Both the position numbers and the translations under genes were made by a program. Of a DNA stretch of 64,000 nucleotides, positions 1 through 11,424 are shown in pieces; position 1 is the stretch's first letter; every line of letters begins with the position of its first letter. Under the pieces are notes generated by a model. That model had not been told where the DNA came from, ran no database searches, and saw nothing but the letters and a program-made list of their open reading frames with translations. The DNA is from Octopus sinensis (Eukaryota), in contig NC_043025.1 of NCBI RefSeq assembly GCF_006345805.1, positions 15,934,001-15,998,000 on the forward strand, given 5' to 3'.

Positions 1-1615
1 AGGTTACATTTTCGTCACATATATTTCACAATATTTTCTTTTTTCTCTTCTTTCTTCTCTCTCTTCTCACAATTCTATACGTATTCCATAATAGCTTTCA
101 ATTCTCTAAAGTCAATCACTGAGCCCTCAGGCAGCCGCTCTCTCACTCGAACACTCGTGTAAAACATTACACTCTCTCCGGCAGCTCTGAGGAACTCAGC
201 GACTCTTTTCGGGGATTAGAGCAGTCTCCTGCCACTGATCGGTCATCCTGTTGACCCATATATGTCCCTCCGTATTACATGTCAAGTCTTTCATTTCGGG
301 GCAGAAATGGAAGGTTATTAACTTGTAGAAGCAGTAAGTAATCTTGTTTCCGTCCTACGTTTTCCTTCGTTTTTCTTTTCGGGCTTATTTCTTCCTTGTT
401 CTCCTCTCTTTGTTTCTCTCTTCTCTCTTTTTGCTTTCTTTTCTTTCTTCTTCCTTCTCTTGTCTTTTTGGTTCTTTGTCTGTTCTCTCTTTCTCGTGTT
501 TTATGTTCCTTTTCTTTTTCTTTTTGTGTGCCGTCTTTTCTTTTCGTTTGATTCTGATCTTTCTCTTGTTTTTTTCCTGTTGGTTCTTTTTCCTTTTTTT
601 TTTCCTGACTCTGTTTTGGTTCTATTTCTTTCTTTTCTTTTATTTCTTTTTCCTTCATTGACTTATTATTCCTTTCTCTTGTTGTTTTGTTCCTTTTCTA
701 TGTTTTCTTTTTCATTTACCGTATTCTTCTTTTCTTCAAGTTCCTGCTCGCCCTCCGCTACGAATTCGTATAACGGGCACTCTTTTTTAATGTGCCCCCT
801 TGTCCCGCACAAGTAACAGTTTGGTTTTCTTCCCTCTACAATTACACTGAGGGTTTTCTCATCTTCAATTTCTATTCTGTAGGGGAACCTTTCAATGTCC
901 TCTTTTGTGGCCATCAAACACAGTTCTACCCCATATCCTCTCCAGTTTACCGCGTTGGACTCCTTAAAGGATTCCACCTCCACTTCCTCTTCTGCTGCTC
1001 CTAGAATAGCTGTTGCCAGCCATTCTGTTTTCACTTCTGGGGGTATATTCGGGATTTTAACCCGGACCCCTCTTCTTCCCTTGTATGAGGGCCACATTAT
1101 AAATGTTTCCGCTCTTAGTACAGTGGTAGCCAGTGAGGCTGCAATTTCTTCCGTTGCACATCTCACCTCCACCGTACCAAATTTCTTGCCTCTACTCACG
1201 TAGGTCGATTTCCCCATTATGTCTCCCAGACATTTTTCGATTTCGGCTATCTCCACTCTTGCCAGCTTCTTCGTATTTTTGTCTTGGGTTCTATATGTTA
1301 CAGTCTTGTTTTCTTTGTCCTCTTTTGCTTTCGCGGGGGGGATTAGCTTCACGCTATCACCCTCCCTTTTGAAGAGCTTTTCATATTCTTTGAGTTTACT
1401 CTTCTCAAAGAAAACATCCTTCACGATTATCGACGAATCATTATTTTTCTTTCCCGTGACCCCCGCGTAAGTCGCCATGACTAGAGGGTCAATTCACCTT
1501 CTTCGGAAGGTTTCCACACGTGGAGGCAAACGCCTCGCGCGATATTAATCACTTTACACAACAAAATTTCAACGTCTAATCACAGATAACAACACGTATA
1601 GCTTGGAGCCGTGTG
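1..1615 (-). mobile_element. Second head-to-tail copy of the gag-only element, frameshifted and cut by the window start
   Basis: Position 1 aligns with 1781. The ORF is split into 666-1478 and 275-658 by small indels; several substitutions relative to the 1616-3394 copy. Confidence 0.75.
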
Positions 1616-3394
1616 ATTTTATTACTACCCACAAGGGGCGAACATAGAGGAGACAATACAATCGGGGAACTTAAAATAAGAAAGCGAATGACAAGAAAAG
1701 GAAAAAATAAAAGTAAAAAATGACATATGAAAGAATATTTACAATGAGATGTAAATGCCCACTCGATCCCCGGAATCGAGAGGTTACATTTTCGTCACAT
1801 ATATTTCACAATATTTTCTTTTTTCTCTTCTTTCTTCTCTCTCTTCTCACAATTCTATACATATTCCATAATAGCTTTCAAATCTCTAAAGTCAATCACT
1901 GAGCCCTCAGGCAGCCGCTCTCTCACTCGAACACTCGTGTAAAATATTACACTCTCTCCGGCAGCTCTGAGGAACTCAGCAACTCTTTCTTCGGGGATTA
2001 GAGCAGTCTCCTGCCACTGATCGGTCATCCTGTTGACCCATATATGTCCTTCCGTATTACATGTCAAGTCTTTCATTTCGGGGCAGAAATGGAAGGTTAT
2101 TAACTTGTAGAAGCAGTAATCTTGTTTCCGTCCTACGTTTTCCTTCGTTTTTCTTTTCGGGCTTATTTCTTCCTTGTTCTCCTCTCTTTGTTTCTCTCTT
2201 TCTCTCTTTTTGCTTTCTTTTCTTTCTTCTTCCTTCTCTTGTCTTTTTGGTTCTTTGTCTGTTCTCTCTTTCTCTCGTGTTTTATGTTCCTTTTCTTTTT
2301 CTTTTTGTGTGCCGTCTTTTCTTTTCGTTTGATTCTGATCTTTCTCTTGTTTTTTTCCTGTTGGTTCTTTTTCCTTTTTTTTTTCCTGACTCTGTTTTGG
2401 TTCTATTTCTTTCTTTTCTTTTATTTCTTTTTCCTTCATTGACTTATTATTTCCTTTCTCTTGTTGTTTTGTTTCCTTTTCTATGTTTTCTTTTTCATTT
2501 ACCGTATTCTTCTTTTCTTCAAGTTCCTGCTCGCACTCCGCTACGAATTCGTATAACGGGCACTCTTTTTTAATGTGCCCCCTTGTCCCGCACAAGTAAC
2601 AGTTTGGTTTTCTTCCCTCTACAATTACACTGAGGGTTTTCTCATCTTCAATTTCTATTCTGTAGGGGAACCTTTCAATGTCCTCTTTTGTGGCCATCAA
2701 ACACAGTTCTACCCCATATCCTCTCCAGTTTACCGCGTTGGACTCCTTAAAGGATTCCACCTCCACTTCCTCTTCTGCTGCTCCTAGAATAGCTGTTGCC
2801 AGCCATTCTGTTTTCACTTCTGGGGGTATATTCGGGATTTTAACCCGGACCCCTCTTCTTCCCTTGTATGAGGGCCACATTATAAATTTTTCGGCTCTTA
2901 GTACAGTGGTAGCCAGTGAGGCTGCAATTTCTTCTGTTGCACATCTCACCTCCACCGTACCAAATTTCTTGCCTCTACTCACGTAGGTTGATTTCCCCAT
3001 TACGTCTCCCAGACATTTTTCGATTTCGGCTATCTCCACTCTTGCCAGCTTCTTCGTATTTTTGTCTTGGGTTCTATATGTCACTGTCTTGTTTTCTTTG
3101 TCCTCTTTTGCGGGGGGGATTAGCTTCACGCTATCACCCTCCCTTTTGAATAGCTTTTCATATTCTTTGAGTTTACTCTTCTCAAAGAAAACATCCTTCA
3201 CGATCATCGACGAATCACCATTTTTCTTTCCCGTGACCCCTGCGTAAATCGCCATGACTAGAGGATCAATTCACCTTCTTCGGAACGTTTCCACACGTGG
3301 AGGCAAACGCCTCGCGCGATATTAATCAATTTACACAGAACAAAATTTCACTGTCTAGTCACAGATAACAACACGTATAGCTTGGAGCCGTGTG
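1616..3394 (-). mobile_element. gag/ORF1-only non-LTR retroelement, complete unit (1779 bp)
   Basis: 139-nt leader, one 466-aa ORF, 239-nt trailer, no ORF2. The 3' end tgtctcctctatgttcgccccttgtgggtagtaataaaa matches the SINE-A 3' end. Confidence 0.75.
1855..3255 (-). CDS. Gag-like ORF1 protein (RRM-like N-terminal region, one CX2CX4HX4C knuckle, K/E-rich coil), 466 aa
   Basis: Contains CYLCGTRGHIKKEC; uninterrupted ORF. Architecture resembles Tx1/L1-group ORF1. Confidence 0.75.
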   Translation of the reverse strand: MAIYAGVTGKKNGDSSMIVKDVFFEKSKLKEYEKLFKREGDSVKLIPPAKEDKENKTVTYRTQDKNTKKLARVEIAEIEKCLGDVMGKSTYVSRGKKFGTVEVRCATEEIAASLATTVLRAEKFIMWPSYKGRRGVRVKIPNIPPEVKTEWLATAILGAAEEEVEVESFKESNAVNWRGYGVELCLMATKEDIERFPYRIEIEDEKTLSVIVEGRKPNCYLCGTRGHIKKECPLYEFVAECEQELEEKKNTVNEKENIEKETKQQEKGNNKSMKEKEIKEKKEIEPKQSQEKKKEKEPTGKKQEKDQNQTKRKDGTQKEKEKEHKTREKERTDKEPKRQEKEEERKESKKREREKQREENKEEISPKRKTKENVGRKQDYCFYKLITFHFCPEMKDLTCNTEGHIWVNRMTDQWQETALIPEERVAEFLRAAGESVIFYTSVRVRERLPEGSVIDFRDLKAIMEYV

Positions 3395-3809
3395 TTCAAA
3401 TCTTCTTTTTTCTCTACATTGTATACTTTATAGACAATAGTCTTTTCTTTAATTTAATTTTTTATTATCCATCTGGACTATTCCATTTCTGCACGCTAAT
3501 TTTATTTTTTATTTATTCCCATTCATGAGAAACCACTTATTCAAGTTCAAGTCATTGATGCAATTTTATACCAATTGCTATTTTTACTTTAGTTTGATTT
3601 TAATTATTACTTACTACATATAATTCAATTGTAATTATTATTTTTATTGTTAAAGTGAAACTATCTGACATAAAATAGAGAAATGTTTTTGTTTCACTTT
3701 TAACATGTAATACTGAAATAGTGGAGAAGATATGATATTGCTATGGGCTCGCTCTAGGCAAGAAGTTGAACATTTTTTTTGCCTATGAAACTACATGGAC
3801 CCTAAGTAA
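3395..3809 (-). mobile_element. Partial copy of the Helitron-like element at 35028-36026
   Basis: Reverse complement of ~35125-35541. Confidence 0.7.
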
Positions 3810-4020
3810 GCTCCAGTTCACTCAGCTGTAGAAATGAGTTGCGATATCACTGGTGCCAAGCTGTATCAGCCCCTTTACCTTACCCTTGGATAACACTGGT
3901 CGTGTGGAGAGAGGAGGCTGGTATGCTGGTCTTCCATAAATAGCATTGCCCGGACTTGTGTCTGAGAGAGTAACTTCCTAGGTGCAATCTCATGGCCAGT
4001 CATGACCAAAGGGGCTCTCT
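3810..4020 (+). mobile_element. SINE-like repeat D (other copies ~36440-36690 +, ~29890-30100 -)
   Basis: Shared block gttcactcagctgtagaaatgagttgcg...gtcatgaccaaagggg at three places. Confidence 0.6.
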
Positions 4021-4038
4021 GCATATATATATATATGT

Positions 4039-4986
4039 ATCACCTTGATCACCTTGACTGACCAGTACATTGGGTGTCCATTTGACACTGCTGGTCACAG
4101 CATGCTGTCCACTCCTCTCTGGATCGTGCCTTTCTCATCCACCTGGTCCCAATTGCCCTCCTAAAATCATAACTCCACTGTCATGGAGGCCTTCCGAGTG
4201 GTCGCTTTCACTCACGCAGGTACCAGTTGACAACTGCGTGGGTCCACTGATTATCAGTGAGCCGGGCAATGTGTCCAGGCCTTCTAAACTTGCTGCATGT
4301 ATACACTGTGATGACATCCCTTATGCCATTAAACGCCTTCCATCTGGCCCTTACTCTCTACAAGATCTCCTTTTCAATGTCTCGGCACATTCATTTCCTG
4401 TTCCAGGTAGACATATTCCTTTACCTCCTCTATTTCATCATCGCTGAAATCACGGGTCAGCTTCAGACCATGCTGACGGAGCTCAACATCAAAAGCTCTG
4501 CAGTAGGTCTCAAGATGAACCGCATGAAAACAAAGTTCATGCAGTCAGACAATGTACCCACAGGTCGAATGGTGATCGGCAGAGATGAAATAGAGGAGGT
4601 AAAGGAATATGTCTACCTGGGACAGGAAGTGAATATGTGCCGAGATATCAAAAAGGAGATCTTGTAGAGAGTAAGGGCCAGATGGAAGGCGTTTAATGGC
4701 ATAAGGGATGTCATCACAGTGTATACACGCAGCAAGTTTAGAAGGCCTGGACACATTGCCCGGCTCACTGATAATCAGTGGACCCACGCAGTTGTCAACT
4801 GGTACCTGCGTGAGTGAAAGCGACCACTCGGAAGGCCTCCATGATGGTAGAGTTATGATTTCAGGAGGGCAATTGGGACCAGGTGGATGAGAAAGGCACG
4901 ATCCAGAGAGGAGTGGACAGCGTGCTGTGACCAGCAGTGTCAAATGGACACCCAATGTACTGGTCAGTCATGGTGATCAAGGTGAT
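4039..4986. mobile_element. Fold-back (head-to-head inverted dimer) of an RTE-clade LINE 3' end
   Basis: Arms 4039-4439 and 4584-4986 are near-identical reverse complements. The RT C-terminal peptide LQTMLTELN...GLKMNRMKTKFM...EYVYLGQEV reads through the spacer into the right arm. Both outer ends lie in (TA)n. Confidence 0.85.
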
Positions 4987-5454
4987 ATATATATATATAT
5001 ATTGGAGAATATGTTTTGAAGTTTGAAAATACACCTGAATCTCAAAACGTGTGGTCGTTAGTAAAGTTTGCAATAGATTAACAATTTTTGGTTTATCAAT
5101 GATGAAAATAAATAAATAAACGATTTAGGAGAGTTTGAAGTCGCAAAGTAAACTTTTGGAAAAATTGTGTTTAAACGATCAAATATTGACAGAAATGTTT
5201 ATGTTTCACTCAGAGTGAGTGTAATATAATTTTAAATGGTTGATGACATCCATAAGAGATAGAGATAGGTAACAGGTAATAAAGTCACGATTAATTTATG
5301 GTGACCGGTAATGAAATCAGTAAAAAAAAGTCACAATCAATTTATGGGATCCGGACAAAAGCCCTCTGAATTTTTCCCTGTGACTTTTTTTTTTTTTACC
5401 TGGATTCGACAAATATACATAACTGAAAGTTCCGTCATTTTGACTTTTTATACC

Positions 5455-5605
5455 TATTTCTTTATAACCCACAAGGGGCTAAACACAGAGGGGACAAACA
5501 AGGACAGACAAACGGATTAAGTCGATTATATCGACTCCAGTTCGTAACTGGTACTTATTTAATCGACCCCGAAAGGATGAAAGGCAAAGCCGACGTCGGC
5601 GGAAG
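5455..5605 (-). mobile_element. Partial tRNA-derived SINE A
   Basis: Reverse complement of the SINE-A central and 3' domains seen at 41883-42304. Confidence 0.7.
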
Positions 5606-6539
5606 CACACACACACAGGGGTTAATAAATCAAAGAAAAAAAGGAAGCACATTATAAAAAACTTTAGAGCAGTAATACTTAAAAGTTTGCTGGTTCTGGC
5701 TGTCAGTGAGTGACCATTGGTTTCGCACCTCTAACGTTCTTAGCGGCACAGATGACTCGCCAGATTCGTTTACCGGAGATTATGTGCCTCCAGCAAGTTT
5801 GACGAGTCGCTTATATCGTCAATGGTAATTCTCTGACCGACCACAACCAATAATCTTTTAAGTACTTCTACATATTGCATACACATATGTAAGAATAAGG
5901 CAGTAGTTGAGAAACTGTTTAATGCGTCCTAAAAAAGAGAGGAAGGGTGGGGGTAGTTAAAGTAAGAAGATATCAACTGGGCTCAATATGACCCTTGGGG
6001 GTCCATATAAAAAATTTTAAGGTCCACGCGAAGGGTCCATAAAAAAATCGCTTCAGATGTATCGTGAAAAACAGCTCAGTTTCTTAAACATTTAACTTAG
6101 CTGAACCGACACAAATTAAGATGTAAATAACAAGTTAGAATACTGAAAAAAAAGTATCTTTGAAGCTAGTTTATGAGCATGGAATGAGTAGAGAATAAAA
6201 TCCAGAATATAATAGTAACCAATGGGGTCCGTAGACATAGAAAAGGGGACGGGGGTAAAAGTGAGGCAAAGTTGTAGTAGACGAGGATAGAAGAAAGATA
6301 CACGTGGTTGGGATTTCTTCCTTCCTGTCTTCCATACTTTGCTTTTAGGTCCCTCTCTCTCTCTCTCTCTCTCTCTTATCTTTGTTTCTGTCTGTCTCTC
6401 ATATCCCTCCCCCCCCGCCGTGTTTCGCCCTTTCTTCTCTTCTCCTCCCGCTCTGCTTGATGAGTGTATCTTTCCCCCCCTTCTCTCTCTCTCGGTCTCT
6501 ATTCAATACCCATGTAAAAACTTCCACGTTTTCAAGTTT

Positions 6540-6800
6540 GCACAGAAGGAGGAAAGGGAAGAGGAGAAAGAAGAGAGGAGGAGAGGGGTGGAGAGAAGGA
6601 GGAAAGGGAAGAGGAGAAAGGTGGAGAGAAGGAGAGAGGTGGAGAGAAGGAGAAAGAAGAGAGGAGGAGAGAGGTGGAGAGAAGGAGAAAGAAGAGAAGA
6701 CGAGAAAGAGGAAAGGGAAGAGGAGAAAGGTGGAGAGAAGGAGAGAGGTGGAGAGAAGGAGAGAGGTGGAGAGAAGGAGAGAGAGAGAGAGAGAAGTAAT
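6540..6800 (+). repeat. GGAGA/GAGAAG purine-rich tandem repeat
   Basis: Reiterated ggagagaaggagagaggt units. Confidence 0.85.
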
Positions 6801-7099
6801 GAAAGAAGAATGGATTTGAAATATCCTCCGAGCTCAGTCGGGTTTGTTTCTCCTGTCGTGTAACATAAACGTCATGTTTTGTAAGAAACAGATTAGTAAA
6901 TGCTTTGAAGTGAGGATATATACACACACACAGATAGATGGAAGGACAGATAGAGAGACAGATCGATAATTAGATCGATCGATCGATCGATAGAAAGATA
7001 GAGAGTGAAGAGAAGTTTGAGAGACAAGTGATAAAATTAATAGAGAGAGAGAGAGAGGACGTAGGTAGAAAGATAGAGAGTGAAAGAGTGAAAGCTATG

Positions 7100-8150
7100 T
7101 GAAAGAAAGTACATTGACAGGCTGATAGAGAGAGAGAGAGGGGGAGAGAGAGAGGGAGAGGAATGTATAGTTATTTCGTAGTATTTGGGAGTGAAAGCTA
7201 TTAAGAGAGGGAGGGGGAAAAGAAAGAGTTATAAATATGCATACGGAGTGGGAGGCATAGAAATATAGATAGAGAGGGGAGAGAGTAAAGAGAGCATGGG
7301 ATGAAGAGAGAGAGTGACAGACAGAGAAAAGAAAACGAATGTGAGTGAGAGAGGGAGAAAACGAATGAGAGAAAGAGAAGGTGGAAGTGGTAGAACGGAT
7401 AAAGAGAGGGAGAGGGAAGAGAGTGAAAGGCATTCAGGGACGCGATTGAAATGGAAGAGGGAGAGAGAGAATGGAAGAGAGGCGGTGGTTGATGTGAGAT
7501 AAAAAGGGAGAGGGGAAGAAAATGAGGGAGTGGTAAATGTGAGAGAGTAAAAGAGAAATAGAGTAAGAGCTGGAAAGAGAGAGATACATGAAAATGTGTA
7601 TATGAGAGAGAGAGAGAGAGAACGTCTGAAGGGTGCGGGAAGAGAGAAGGTGGTTGATACGAGATAAAAAGTGAGAGAGGGGGATGAATACATGGATATG
7701 AGGAAGGGGCAATGCGAGAGATAGAAAGATAAAGAAATAGAGTGGGGGAATAAAAAACAGAGTAAGAGTTGGATAGAGGAAAGTGTGAGTGTGTGAGTGT
7801 GTGAGAAAGGGTGTGGGAAGAGAAGATATAAAGCGAAGGAGGAGGAGGCGTAAGGAGAGATAGAAAGAAAGATAGAGTGAGTAATAGAGAAAGAGAGTAA
7901 GAGGTTGAAGGAGAAAGTATGTGTGGGAGAGGGAGGGAGAGAGAGAGAAAGGGTAAGAGAGAAGTTTTAGAAAAGAAAAAAAGAAAAGCTTTTGAAAAAG
8001 TATCAACAAAAAGTAGAGCAAAAACATACAAAAAATAATAATAAAAAAGTAAAAAACTTTCGAAAAGGCAAGACGGACGGTGGGTGGGTGGGAGAAGACG
8101 GACGGGCGGCGGCGGCGAGCGAAGTGAACTTAAGATCGATCCCTGGTGAG
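7100..8150 (+). promoter_or_regulatory. Putative promoter: ~0.9-kb polypurine (GA-rich) tract followed by a GC-rich, G-quadruplex-capable segment
   Basis: The + strand is almost purely purine over 7100-8030. GGGTGGGTGGG-N11-GGG at 8082-8106 and GGC repeats lie ~150 bp upstream of the ATG. The TSS is not determined. Confidence 0.4.
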
Positions 8151-8251
8151 GCTAATTAAAACAGCCTGTGGGTCCACGAACTGGATTAAGAGACAGAGAG
8201 ACGAGACAAGAGGAGACTCCCAAACCTTCGGCTTCCTCCGTCCGCCTAACT

Positions 8252-8365
8252 ATGACTTTCCTAGAGAAAGGGAGCAAAGAAAAGGGTCTGTTTAGTGTAA
8301 TTGCTAACATCTTCGTGTCTTTCATCGGTGGAGGTGTACTCGGACTACCTTATGCTTTCAAAGAA
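8252..8365 (+). CDS. Coding exon 1 of an amino-acid/auxin permease family transporter (Aa_trans; SLC36/AVT3/ANT1-like)
   Basis: ATG 8252 opens MTFLEKGSKEKGLFSVIANIFVSFIGGGVLGLPYAFKE (38 codons), the TM1 motif N-x3-S-F-I-G-x-G-V-L-G-L-P-Y-A-F of this family. It ends at a GTAAGT donor (8366), phase 0. Confidence 0.9.
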
Positions 8366-10062
8366 GTAAGTACGATTATTATTATTATTATTATTACGGG
8401 GCATAACTACACTTTCGGGCCCTGCACTTGTTTATGTTGTCACTTTCTCTAGTGTGCATGGTTTTTAATGAAGTTTGTGCAGAAATGTGATTTCGATGAC
8501 GTAGTTTACAATTATGGTGAGGAAATTTTCGAAAAAAGGAGAAAAAAAGTCTATGTTTGTTTCGGAGGTATTTCAGATCCTTTTTCTCCCCTTTCACTCT
8601 AAGTTTGTTGTCACCACTTTCTCGAAACTTTGCTATTTTAAACTTAATTTAATTTTTTTTATTAAGTGCTTCTTTTTAAAGCATCGGCCTTATGTAATCT
8701 ACACTCATGAAAACGTATTTCTGTAAAATGTCATTGAAAAATATGTATTTTAAAGAAAGTTATGAGTAAAACAACGGCGGGAGGTGGGGGGAAAACGATC
8801 TGAAACTTCTTTATATAATGTTACCATCTTTTCTTAACCTACACCTTCAAAAACATATCTTTGCAGAATTTCATTTAAAAACTTGCATTTTTCAATAAGG
8901 GAACAAAGTTTTGCGGGGCACTAATCTGTAATTATGCTCATATTTTTGTCTTGTAATTAACTTTGACTCACCGAATGTTTTTTTTTTCTAGCCCTTACTA
9001 GAAAAGCTCCTTAAAAGTTATCTTTGGGAAACTTGAAAGCCTCTATTTTTATGTTATTCCTTCCTTTTAATTATTTAAAACCCTTCTGTGTTTTTCCGTC
9101 GTATTTTATGGCTCGTCTCGTTCGTCTTCAGGAAATAAACCAGGAAGAACTTCATAGAGATCATCTCATCCCGCTCGATGTTTGTTTTCCTTTTGAAGAA
9201 CTATCTATTATTTGTAGAACAGTTCTCGTACTCCTTAAAGGGGTCATTAAGGAGCTTGAATCTTTTTTTTTTCAATTAAAAAAATATCCTTTTGTTAATT
9301 AGACCCGGGAATCAAGTTTACTTAAACTTGTCTCATTTAATTAACACAAACAACACCAAGAAGGGACTCTGTTAATTATTTTTTTTACCCCTTTAAGCCC
9401 CTTTGTCCTTCGTCGACAGGCCTCCCCCACGTCCTAAAGTGGTCAGTTAGGATCTTGACCCCTCTATTTTTTTAATTAAAAAAGTTCGTTTGTTGTTATT
9501 TAGTTAGAGTCGACTTTCATCAAATGTTTATAACTCTGGCTATCTTCGTTTAATTAACGCAAAGATACATCAGAGGGGTGAGGATAAATTCGACTTTCAG
9601 CCCCTACATGCATTTATGTTTATTATTAATGTGCTAGGATGTGATTTCAGGGGTCGCAGATCGAAAGACCACGTTGTGGGACACGCACACAAGAGCCTTC
9701 TTATGGGTGGTGGTGGTGGTTGTCTACAGCAATCTCTTGTGAATGTTTCGTGTCAGGTTTTTGTACGCGTGTGTCTGTATCTATGTGGCGAGTTTGTTTG
9801 TTTTTAGCCCTAGGTCAAGGCTACACCGAGCACCTATAATCAGATCTTCCAGCCATAACCATCCTGTCTTTTTATAATTTATGAAAGATTCTGACAATGT
9901 TTTCGTATCAGGACTTGTGTGTATATATCGTGTATGTATGTATCAAGGTGGGGTGTTGTTTTTAACCCTGTGTTAGGGCCCCCGAATGAGCATACAGCCT
10001 TGTGATGAAACATTTACAGCTATAATCATTCCGCCTTTTTTTCTTTAACTTTTCTAGGATTA

Positions 10063-10177
10063 CATGGCGAAGGTAAAGAATACACGTACCCTGTGTTTGG
10101 GGTTAGGGGTAGGCTTTAGGATTAGGATTAGGGTTATGCTGAAAACGGGTGGTATGCGTATTCCTACCTTCGCCGGG
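10063..10177. mobile_element. MITE with ~24-bp TIRs, TTA TSD and internal TTAGGG-like repeats (PIF/Harbinger-like)
   Basis: ggcgaaggtaaagaatacacgtacc / ggtatgcgtattcctaccttcgcc; TTA at 10060-62 and 10178-80. Confidence 0.6.
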
Positions 10178-10589
10178 TTACATTATCCAATGTTTCTGAC
10201 TTTTTACTTTTTATTTTATTTAAAGTTGTGAGGGTGTGGTGTAACTGCGTGGCACCTCTCCACCCGCTCCGAGCCAACCAAGGCCTTGGGATTTGGCAGA
10301 CGGAAACTGTGGCGAAGTTTATTGTATATAAAATAAAAAATATGTATCTTTTACTTGTTTCAGTCATTATTAGACTGCGGCCATACTGCAGCACCGCCTT
10401 GAACTTCTACTCGAATGAATCGACCCCTGTACTTACATTTTTAAAGTCTGGTACTTTTCTATCATTCGCTTTTGCCGAACTGCCAAGTTACAGGGACGTA
10501 AACACACCAGCACCGTTTGTCAAGCAGAGTGGGGGCACATAGACACAAAGACACACACACAGGGACTTATATGTAAATATATATATATA

Positions 10590-10988
10590 CTCTTTACTCT
10601 TTTACTTGTTTCAGTCGTTTTGACTGCGGCCATGCTGGAGCACCGCCTTTAGTCGAGCAAATCGACCCCGAGACTTATTCTTTGTAAGCCCAGTACTTAT
10701 TCTATCGGTCTCTTTTGCCGAACCGCTAAGTAACGGGGACATAAACACACCAGCATCGGTTGTCAAGCAATGCTAGGGGGACAAACACACTCACACAAAC
10801 ATACACATACACATATTATATATACATATATACGACAGACTTATTTCAGTTTCCGTCTACCAATTCCACTCACAAGGCATTGGTCGGCCTGGGGCTATAG
10901 CAGAAGACACTTGCCCAAGGTGCCACGCAGTGGGATTGAACCATGTGGATAGTAAACAAGCTACTTACCACACAGCCACTCCTGCGCC
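10590..10988 (-). mobile_element. tRNA-derived SINE B with internal (TA)/(CA) microsatellite
   Basis: A box TGGCTGTGTGGT, B-box-like GGTTCAATCCC; many copies in the window. Confidence 0.85.
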
Positions 10989-11185
10989 TATATATATAAG
11001 GAAAGTTTATGAAAAAACAAAAGACGAAGACAGGTGGTGTACAAAACAAACAGATGTATTAGTATAACGCTCAGGAATATATATATATTTTTTTGTAATT
11101 TTCTAATTTTCTAATTTTCTAATTCCATTTTCTAATTTTGTATGTTTCTCCATTTTCTAATTTATATATATATAATTTTCTAATG

Positions 11186-11218
<33 letters not shown>

Positions 11219-11379
11219 TATATTTATATATAAACATTACGTTATATAATTAGGGTTCAGTAAAATAATTTACTTTACCACACACCGAACTTTTAGAAAT
11301 AGCAGCCAAAAAGTCTTAGCTATTTCCTCTACTATAAGAAAAGTCTCCCAGACAATGTATACTCAAAAATAATTATTGA

Positions 11380-11423
<44 letters not shown>

Positions 11424-11424
<1 letters not shown>

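Noticed and set aside
344-3247. Phe/Leu/Ser-rich + strand ORFs
   Set aside because: Antisense shadows of the K/E-rich gag ORF.
5690-5900. Unique upstream block as a possible exon
   Set aside because: Stops in the frames examined and no convincing splice pair.
6339-8031. E/R-rich and S/L/F-rich ORFs
   Set aside because: Translations of GA-rich low-complexity sequence.
8168-8251. N-terminal extension from the upstream GTG
   Set aside because: Non-ATG start; ATG 8252 gives a plausible N-terminus. Not excluded without transcript data.
10101-10137. Interstitial telomere
   Set aside because: Only a few degenerate TTAGGG-like units, internal to a TIR-bounded MITE.
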